64,000 nt of DNA, from contig CBDCTH010000012.1 in the NCBI GenBank assembly GCA_965222155.1, positions 832,001 through 896,000 of the forward strand, given 5' to 3'. The notes under the pieces are model-generated. The model saw only the letters and a list, made by a program, of their open reading frames with translations, did no database searches and was not told the DNA's origin. The stretch is from Gammaproteobacteria bacterium. GTDB taxonomy: Bacteria > Pseudomonadota > Gammaproteobacteria > Eutrophobiales > Eutrophobiaceae. Position numbers and translations under genes: made by a program. This document shows, one piece after another, positions 57,638 to 64,000 of this stretch. Numbering within the stretch: the first letter of the stretch is position 1; each line of letters starts with the position of its first letter.

Positions 57638-58579
57638 CTAAAATGGAGTAGTATCCGGCTGAATATTACCTTCAATACCCCATCCCCCAGTCAAGTATAC
57701 CTGCATGTACCTGGACAAATTCATGGCGCAGTATTCATGGTAACGAAACAGATTTCCGAAGGATGCCGACAGCTTTTCCCCGGTGTAGCGGCAGACGCCG
57801 TTCCAGTCGTGCGGGTCAAGCCCGTCAATAACGGCCTGCTGGGCAAAATCAGCCATCAGGTCATAGTATTCCAGGTTATCAATAAAGCCCTGCCGGTCAG
57901 TGATCCAGAAATGGCCGGGAACAAATACATCCCAGTCCAGACTCAGAAAACGTTTCATGCAAGGGACATAAGGCTTGAAGTGCCAGTCAGGGAAGAAGGT
58001 GTAGCCAACCCCGGGAATGACAGTATCCACCATGAACAAGACCTTGCTCTGTGGAAACCAGGCCGCAATGTTGCCGTCACCATGGGTAGGACCCGGATAG
58101 AGCAACTCGAAATAGACACCATCAATCTCATAAGCCTTGCGCTCACCGTCCCAGGCCTCCGTTGCCGGGGTCTGGCCGTCGGATTTTCTTGCCGCGACCA
58201 CGTCGGCGCACAATTTGTGGGCGATGATATCCGCGTCCGGCGCCAGGTCGGCGGCATAGCCGGTATGGTCAAGGTGATCGTGGGAATAGACGATGGTGTG
58301 AACGGGTTTTTGCGGAAACACCCGGCCTATGGCGCCGGCGTAGGCCCGGGCAGTACCGGGGGTGGTTAAGGTATCAAACGCGATAATGCCCTTGTTTCCC
58401 TCCAGAAATATGGAGCGGTAAATACCTTCACTGACGGACCAGATTTTGTCACGTACCGGGCTGTAGGAAATATCCCGCCATGCCCCCATGATGGGGTGGG
58501 GCGCCGGAATGGTAAAAATACCGCAATGGTCACACTCAGGGTGGCCTGTGCCGTTAGCGCCGTTTTCCTCTTCAGTCAC
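57638..58579 (-). CDS. MBL-fold metallohydrolase (paralog)
   Basis: YSHDHLDH, PTHG, MVD, VPGH. Confidence 0.87.
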   Translation of the reverse strand: MTEEENGANGTGHPECDHCGIFTIPAPHPIMGAWRDISYSPVRDKIWSVSEGIYRSIFLEGNKGIIAFDTLTTPGTARAYAGAIGRVFPQKPVHTIVYSHDHLDHTGYAADLAPDADIIAHKLCADVVAARKSDGQTPATEAWDGERKAYEIDGVYFELLYPGPTHGDGNIAAWFPQSKVLFMVDTVIPGVGYTFFPDWHFKPYVPCMKRFLSLDWDVFVPGHFWITDRQGFIDNLEYYDLMADFAQQAVIDGLDPHDWNGVCRYTGEKLSASFGNLFRYHEYCAMNLSRYMQVYLTGGWGIEGNIQPDTTPF

Positions 58580-58580
58580 G

Positions 58581-58973
58581 TTAACGTTTGCTGTATTGCG
58601 GGCGTTTCCTGGCCTTATGCAGACCGACCTTTTTGCGTTCCACTTCGCGGGCGTCGCGCGTGACGAAGCCGGCCTGGCGCAGAGTTTTGCGCAAACCTTC
58701 GTCGTATTTAATCAGTGCCCGGGTGATCCCGTGGCGAATTGCGCCGGCCTGGCCGGAAATTCCGCCGCCGGTGACGCTGATGGTAATGTCGAAATTATTC
58801 AGCATGTCGAGCTTTTCCAGGGGTTGCTGAATAATCATCCTGCCGGTTTCCCTGCCGAAATATTGTTCCATGGTACGGTTATTGATGACGATATTGCCGC
58901 CACCTTTCTTTAAAAACACCCGCGCGCTGGAGCTTTTCCTGCGGCCGGTACTGTAATAAATCTCGTCTGCCAT
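58581..58973 (-). CDS. rpsI: 30S ribosomal protein S9
   Basis: [30 protein letters not shown]. Confidence 0.99.
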   Translation of the reverse strand: MADEIYYSTGRRKSSSARVFLKKGGGNIVINNRTMEQYFGRETGRMIIQQPLEKLDMLNNFDITISVTGGGISGQAGAIRHGITRALIKYDEGLRKTLRQAGFVTRDAREVERKKVGLHKARKRPQYSKR

Positions 58974-59003
58974 GATTAAATGTCTGAAAGTTGATAAATC
59001 TGG

Positions 59004-59432
59004 TTATAGTTCCAATGGTTTCGGTTGTTGCGCGGCATGGCGATGATTGGCATCGGCATAAACCCGCAATTTGCGAAACAGGTCACGCCCCAAAGGGCCT
59101 TTGGGCAACATTCCCTTGACCGCCTTTTCAATAATCCGCTCCGGTTTGGATTTGAGCAGTTTCTCGAAAGTGATTGATCTGATACCGCCCGGGTAACCCG
59201 TATGGCGATAATAGGTTTTATCGCTTGCCTTGTTCCCGGTTACCTGGACATCTTTTGCGTTGATCACGATCACGTAATCGCCGGTATCCATATGCGGCGT
59301 GTATTCCGGTTTATGTTTCCCGCGCAGCCGCCGGGCAATCTCGGTGGCAAGCCGGCCCAGGATTTTACCCCTGGCGTCGACTACATACCACTCATGTTTA
59401 ATATCCGCCGGTGTTGCGGTGTAGGTTTTCAT
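59004..59432 (-). CDS. rplM: 50S ribosomal protein L13
   Basis: MKT...WYVVDA..LGRLA...[16 protein letters not shown]; start ATG 59432. Confidence 0.99.
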   Translation of the reverse strand: MKTYTATPADIKHEWYVVDARGKILGRLATEIARRLRGKHKPEYTPHMDTGDYVIVINAKDVQVTGNKASDKTYYRHTGYPGGIRSITFEKLLKSKPERIIEKAVKGMLPKGPLGRDLFRKLRVYADANHRHAAQQPKPLEL

Positions 59433-59631
59433 TGGACGTCGCTGAATCGTAATAAAGGCGCCGATCATACGGATTGTCCCATTTGCTGTCAATGATATTA
59501 TTCTATGATAAGTGTTCTTCCCGCATGGGATTTTCCAACATGGGATGAGCTTGAATAGAAATATCACCACGTTCCTATGAGTAAAGATGTAAGCTCATTC
59601 ATGTTCCTGACATCAGTTCCTGACGTCAGGC

Positions 59632-59668
59632 TTGCTAAAATGATATCACTAAAGTACGATTGCTATCA
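59632..59668 (+). promoter_or_regulatory. TA promoter with FitA-type operator
   Basis: TTGCTA-17 bp-TACGAT; TGATATCA-N12-TGCTATCA half-sites. Confidence 0.65.
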
Positions 59669-59684
59669 TAGATAACTACGGTAA

Positions 59685-59948
59685 GTGATGATTATGGCAA
59701 ATATGACAATTCGCAATTTACCAGAAGAAGTGCATCGTGCGTTACGCGTGCGGGCCGTTGGACATGGAAACAGTGTTGAGGCCGAAGTCCGTGAGATCCT
59801 GAAGGATTCTTTACAGCCTGAAGGTCGGATTAAGCTAGGTTCAATCTTGGCTGAGATTGGTCGTGAGGCTAACTTGACAGATGAAGATTTCGCGGTTATC
59901 GAGCAGGTGCGCGACAAAACTCCCGCCATGCCGGTAGGTTTTGAATGA
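59685..59948 (+). CDS. FitA/StbC-like Arc/RHH antitoxin
   Basis: MANMTIRNLPEEVHRALRVRA..HGNSVEAEVREIL; likely start 59694. Confidence 0.9.
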   Translation: MMIMANMTIRNLPEEVHRALRVRAVGHGNSVEAEVREILKDSLQPEGRIKLGSILAEIGREANLTDEDFAVIEQVRDKTPAMPVGFE

Positions 59949-60364
59949 TCATGCTGGATACCAACGTGATTTCAGAGCCACTACGTCCGGCCCCTGAATT
60001 CCGTGTCATTGAATGGATCGATGCCCAGGCGATAGAGACCCTTTTTTTATCGGCAATCACCGTGGCTGAACTGCGTTTTGGTGTGGCCTTGCTCCCAGTT
60101 GGGAAACGGCAAAACAGGTTACAGATAAGATTGGAAAATGAGGTGTTGCCTCTGTTCACTGAGCGCGTATTACCGTTCGATACATCAGTTACAAAAGCAT
60201 ATGCTGAGCTGATGGCTAAGGCCAGAGCGACCGGCCTGGCAATTGGTACGGCTGATGGATATATCGCTGCTACTGCTGCTGCAAACGGGATGATGATCGC
60301 AACGCGGGACGTAAATCCGTTTGCGGCTGCTGGCATTAAGGTCATTAATCTCTGGGCGAAATGA
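59945..60364 (+). CDS. FitB/VapC PIN toxin
   Basis: LDTNVISE, ITVAEL, DGYIAATA, ATRD. Confidence 0.92.
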   Translation: MIMLDTNVISEPLRPAPEFRVIEWIDAQAIETLFLSAITVAELRFGVALLPVGKRQNRLQIRLENEVLPLFTERVLPFDTSVTKAYAELMAKARATGLAIGTADGYIAATAAANGMMIATRDVNPFAAAGIKVINLWAK

Positions 60365-60387
60365 TAACTTTACTGAGCACACAAATG

Positions 60388-60490
60388 AAAAACGCCCCAT
60401 TGAGAGGCGTTAAGGATTAGTCTCTGAGGACATATCCTGCTTGAATTTTGTTGTAAAAAACAAGCAGACTCGGTTCAGATACAATCTACA
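60388..60490 (-). ncRNA. tracrRNA (type II-C)
   Basis: Anti-repeat 60450-60485 complementary to the 36-nt repeat (22 nt exact plus wobble/bulge plus terminal stem), two hairpins and an AACGCC..GGCGTTTTT terminator; adjacent to the cas9 start. Confidence 0.85.
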
Positions 60491-60537
60491 AGCTGATTAC
60501 AGCATAAAATTAATAGCATTACAAACGATTTCTCCTG

Positions 60538-60909
60538 ATGCAAAACGAAACCCCTTACATCCTTGGCTTGGACGTCGGTTCTAATTCCATCGGTTGGGCC
60601 GTCATAGATTGTGACATCAATACAAAAAGCAATCATCAGGGAATTTTCGCCGGTTACGATCCCGTCTCATTACGCGCACTGAATTCTCGTATTTTCCTCG
60701 AGATGGTAGAGGCTAAAACCCAAGTGCCAAAAAATCAGAAACGACGCGCTGCCCGTGGAACGCGCAATCGTCGGGCTTACTACAAGAAACGCCGTATGGC
60801 GCTTGTCGACGTTCTCATTGAAACCGGATTGTTGCCCCATGAGTATCTGGAAAACCCGGAGCAAACCCTGAATCGGATCGATCGCGAGTTTGCCGAAAGA
60901 AAATTGAAC
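60538..60909 (+). pseudogene. cas9: Cas9 N-terminal fragment (RuvC-I + bridge helix)
   Basis: YILGLDVGSNSIGWAV and KNQKRRAARGTRNRRAYYKKRR; deletion joins it to a CRISPR repeat; ORF stops at 60987. Confidence 0.9.
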
Positions 60910-60984
60910 ATCTACAATTTGGAAATGGATGCGCAGGCCAGCTTAAACATTGTATCTGAACCGAGTCTGCCCGCAATCTACAAT
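60910..60984 (-). CRISPR. Remnant array: 9-nt partial repeat, one 30-nt spacer, one complete 36-nt repeat
   Basis: ATCTACAAT (60910-60918); spacer TTGGAAATGGATGCGCAGGCCAGCTTAAAC; repeat reads ATTGTAGATTGCGGGCAGACTCGGTTCAGATACAAT on the minus strand, with the II-C-like terminal TACAAT. Confidence 0.85.
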
Positions 60985-60989
60985 TGAGA

Positions 60990-61345
60990 TATTCTTCCTG
61001 GCTTAGGTTATGTGCAGCGATGAATTTCCCGAATGCCCGGCTGCCAGCATCAGTTGTTAACTGGTGGTTCGCCTTCAGTATATCCGGGTCTATCACGGCA
61101 ACGTCGCCGTCAAACCAGTTGGCGAGGTAAATTAGTCCCGATACCGGGTCCTAGTCAATCCCTTCGGGATAATCACCGCTATATATAATTGCGGTTTTTT
61201 CCATCTTGTCCAGGTCTGCAACGGACACGCTGTTGTCCCTTTGATTGGTGACAAACAGTCTCTGTGTTGGATGGTGACAGGCCATGGCATGGGGGAACTC
61301 CCTAACCAGGATTCTTGTAATCACCTTAACCACTAAGGACACAGA
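60990..61345 (-). pseudogene. YVTN/YncE beta-propeller C-terminal remnant
   Basis: RLFVTNQRDNSVSVADL...GDYPEGID-TAG-...IYLANWFDGDVAVID...GSRAFGKFI; no valid start. Confidence 0.7.
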
Positions 61346-61422
61346 AATCATCTCGTGTGTGTATTCTGCGCCACAACTGTAATAGAATGTGCGTCTTTCA
61401 TATGGTTTGATGAAAATCCGGC

Positions 61423-62058
61423 ATGAATAAGCGTACATACAGTCCCCTGGATGAGTTGATCATCGGGTTCGACAGGGTCATATCCGTGTTTAATTCCGGT
61501 AACAAGCGCCCGCATCCGGCTGTTGACGAGCCTGATACCCGGATACAGGGGGCTGAAAGGCGTCGCAGTGCCGCACTGATGCGGGTCAATCACACTGGGG
61601 AGGTGGCGGCCCAGGCCCTGTATGCCGGTCATGCCGTGGTAGCAAGGGATGCCGGGATACGTGATTCCATGTTTCAGGCTGCCGCTGAGGAAAGCGATCA
61701 CCTGTGCTGGTGTGAGACCAGGGTCAGGGAGCTTGACAGTCATGTCAGTTACCTGGCCCCGGTCTGGTATGCAGGATCGTTTGCCATAGGCGCCATGGCC
61801 GGGTTAGCGGGTGATAAATGGAACCTGGGCTTTGTGATGGAAACGGAGCGCCAGGTGGTTGAACACCTGGATAAGCACCTGGAGCTGTTACCGGAGCAGG
61901 ACCATAAAAGCAGGACTATATTGCAACAGATGCGTCGGGATGAGCAGCAGCACGCATCCGTTGCCCAGGCCGCCGGCGCAGTTGAGTTGCCGCGACCCCT
62001 GCGAATAATGATGCGTTGTTGTGCAAAGGTGATGACGAGCACCGCATACTGGTTGTGA
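61423..62058 (+). CDS. coq7: Demethoxyubiquinone hydroxylase
   Basis: LMRVNHTGEVAAQALY, EESDHL, ETERQVVEHL, DEQQH diiron motifs. Confidence 0.95.
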   Translation: MNKRTYSPLDELIIGFDRVISVFNSGNKRPHPAVDEPDTRIQGAERRRSAALMRVNHTGEVAAQALYAGHAVVARDAGIRDSMFQAAAEESDHLCWCETRVRELDSHVSYLAPVWYAGSFAIGAMAGLAGDKWNLGFVMETERQVVEHLDKHLELLPEQDHKSRTILQQMRRDEQQHASVAQAAGAVELPRPLRIMMRCCAKVMTSTAYWL

Positions 62059-62120
62059 CAGGTCAGGGAACTTTTACGATTACCGGTCTCTAATAAGTAA
62101 TCACCGAGAATTGATTAAAT

Positions 62121-63542
62121 ATGGATGACACTATGCGTGACTATTTTATGGCAAAACACTTCTGTTTGACGGCCGGCAGCCTGAGGTTTTACTCAGCTAT
62201 GGCGCTAATCATGACCCTGCTGTATTTCAGTTCTACCCAGGCGGCTCTGCCCCGGTCTGATGGCGGACAGGAATTACCCAGTCTTGCCCCGATGCTGGAA
62301 CAGGTAACGCCGGCAGTCGTTAATATAGCTACCGAAGGCCGGGTGCAGGTGCGCCAGAATCCGTTATTTGCCGACCCGTTTTTTCGGCGTTTTTTCAATA
62401 TGCCGGACCAGCCGCAGGAAAGAAAAACCCAGAGCCTTGGTTCAGGAGTCATTGTCGATGCTGAACGCGGCTTGGTGCTGACCAACAATCACGTGATCGC
62501 CAATGCCGTGCAGGTCACCGTGACGTTACGCGATGGTCGCCATCTCGAAGCAGAGATTGTCGGTTCCGACCCGGCGACGGACGTAGCCGTGATTAAATTA
62601 CCAGCGCAGAACCTGACGCATATCGAGGTCGCCAACTCGGATGACCTGCGGGTCGGCGATTTCGTGGTGGCTATCGGCAACCCGTTCGGCCTGGGGCAGA
62701 CGGTCACCTCGGGAATAGTCAGTGCGCTCAGCCGCAGTGGCCTGGGTATTGAAGGTTACGAGGATTTTATTCAAACGGACGCATCCATCAATCCCGGGAA
62801 TTCGGGTGGTGCGTTGGTCAATCTGAAAGGGGAACTGGTAGGTATAAACACGGCAATATTTTCACGTGGCGGAGGCAATATCGGCATTGGTTTCGCAATA
62901 CCGATTAATCTCGCCCTGCAGATCACGGAACAACTGCTGGACAAGGGGATGGTGGAACGGGGTTTCATCGGTGTCCAGGTGCAGGATTTAAATGCCGATC
63001 TGGCAGAGGCATTCGGGCTAAAGAACCAGAAAGGCGCAATAGTGAACAGTGTATTACCTGATTCGCCGGCCCAGGAGGCGGGTCTGCTACCCGGGGATAT
63101 CATTACATCCATTAATTCAAAGCCGGTGAAAGCGGCCGCCGACGTCAGAAACCATATCGGGTTGCTGCCTGTGGGTGAACAGGTCATGTTTGAAGTTCTG
63201 CGAGACGGCGAAAAGAAGAAGTTCAAAGCCAGGGTGGTTGCCAACAAGGAGTTGAAATTCTCCGAGAAAACACTTAACAAGCGGCTTGAAGGCATAACAC
63301 TGGGTGATATTGAAGAAGGCCATCCCTATTTCGGCAAAATCAAGGGTGTGGTTATCACGGAAATTCAGCGCGGATCCCAGGCCTGGTCCGCTGGCTTGAG
63401 AAAAGGCGACATCATAACCTCCGTCAACCATAAGCCTGTTACCGACCTGCAGGAATTTTTGCAACTGGTTGATAACATCGACAATGCATTGTTGTTCAGG
63501 GTAATCAGAGGTGACGCCGCCGCCTTCCTGGTCATCAAGTAA
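62121..63542 (+). CDS. degQ: Periplasmic serine protease DegQ/DegP family
   Basis: TNNHV, DVAV, INPGNSGGAL, two PDZ domains; exact start uncertain. Confidence 0.92.
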   Translation: MDDTMRDYFMAKHFCLTAGSLRFYSAMALIMTLLYFSSTQAALPRSDGGQELPSLAPMLEQVTPAVVNIATEGRVQVRQNPLFADPFFRRFFNMPDQPQERKTQSLGSGVIVDAERGLVLTNNHVIANAVQVTVTLRDGRHLEAEIVGSDPATDVAVIKLPAQNLTHIEVANSDDLRVGDFVVAIGNPFGLGQTVTSGIVSALSRSGLGIEGYEDFIQTDASINPGNSGGALVNLKGELVGINTAIFSRGGGNIGIGFAIPINLALQITEQLLDKGMVERGFIGVQVQDLNADLAEAFGLKNQKGAIVNSVLPDSPAQEAGLLPGDIITSINSKPVKAAADVRNHIGLLPVGEQVMFEVLRDGEKKKFKARVVANKELKFSEKTLNKRLEGITLGDIEEGHPYFGKIKGVVITEIQRGSQAWSAGLRKGDIITSVNHKPVTDLQEFLQLVDNIDNALLFRVIRGDAAAFLVIK

Positions 63543-63553
63543 TCGCAAACTCG

Positions 63554-63801
63554 CGCCATTCCCGCGCCTCCCTCCGGCGTCATTCCCGCGCCTCCCTCCG
63601 TCGCCATTCCGGCGCCTCCCTCCGTCGCCATTCCCGCGCCCCCCTCCGTCGTCATTCCCGCGCCTCCCTCCGTCGTCATTCCGGCGTATGCCGGAATCCA
63701 GTAGAACAAAGCGTCGCCTGCGGCGACACGTTATCGGACTGGATTCCGGCATACGCCGGAATGGCGACAAGGGAGGCGCCAGCATGGCGACAAGGGAGGC
63801 G
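63554..63801. repeat. 5 x 24-bp tandem array plus inverted REP pair
   Basis: CG[C/T]CATTCC[C/G]GCGCCTCCCTCCGT x5, REP 63674-63702, inverted REP 63738-63766 with its own outer duplication. Confidence 0.88.
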
Positions 63802-63858
63802 TCCCCGGCTCACGACATGCCGGGGCAGGTTCCGGCGACTTTAATATCTTGCGCGGAT

Positions 63859-64000
63859 TTAATGTGCGCTATGTTTGCCGGGGATGTCGCAGCGCCGGAT
63901 CATCCGGCTGATAAGCTGCGCCAGTTGTTTTTTCGGGTAGCTGTTGCGCCAGGCCAGGGCGATATCCCGTTCGGGTACGGGTTTTGCGAAGGGCCGGTAT
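63859..64000 (-). CDS. 3' end of a LysR-family (OxyR-like) regulator, partial
   Basis: YRPFAKPVPERDIALAWRNSYPKKQLAQLISRMIR...*; only 46 codons visible. Confidence 0.6.
   Translation of the reverse strand, partial: YRPFAKPVPERDIALAWRNSYPKKQLAQLISRMIRRCDIPGKHSAH

Noticed and set aside
60538-60987. 149-aa ORF as a functional miniature Cas9/IscB-like nuclease
   Set aside because: It lacks RuvC-II/III and HNH; its last ~25 residues are translated spacer and repeat
63554-63801. 24-bp array as CRISPR or as coding ORFs 63117-63785 and 63365-63709
   Set aside because: Head-to-tail units without spacers, derived from a REP end; ORFs are antisense shadows of degQ

Overview
The window is from a ~50-55% GC gammaproteobacterium-like chromosome (rplM-rpsI, coq7, degQ, recQ, cysC, hppD). 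Most of it is accessory DNA. It contains catabolic/biosynthetic clusters (TonB receptors, thiolase-DUF35, opine dehydrogenase, ipdC, LLM oxidoreductase with the F420 FO synthase fbiC, a Rieske dioxygenase, and a GS-like ligase/deacetylase/homocitrate-synthase-like/2x PanE/M24 cluster). There is also a low-GC defence region (HTH-MTase-TRD fusion convergent with a PD-(D/E)XK nuclease, two AbiE modules, a DUF3883 remnant), eight toxin-antitoxin pairs (three with broken toxins), a secreted Cys-rich thrombospondin-like repeat protein beside a subtilisin lipoprotein, and many families of palindromic intergenic repeats. The most striking unannotated signals are four. (1) A ~360-nt, extensively base-paired, pseudoknot-capable non-coding RNA candidate (51020-51380) behind a perfect CRP box at the -61.5 position. 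(2) A collapsed type II-C CRISPR locus (60388-60984) that keeps the tracrRNA, the Cas9 N-terminus, one 30-nt spacer and one 36-nt repeat. (3) Inverted-repeat elements with 9-nt periodicity inserted right after stop codons, one still enclosing a decayed GxxExxY nuclease gene. (4) Tandem amplification of the outer ends of several REP-like palindromes. All calls were made by eye from sequence motifs; no database searches were run.
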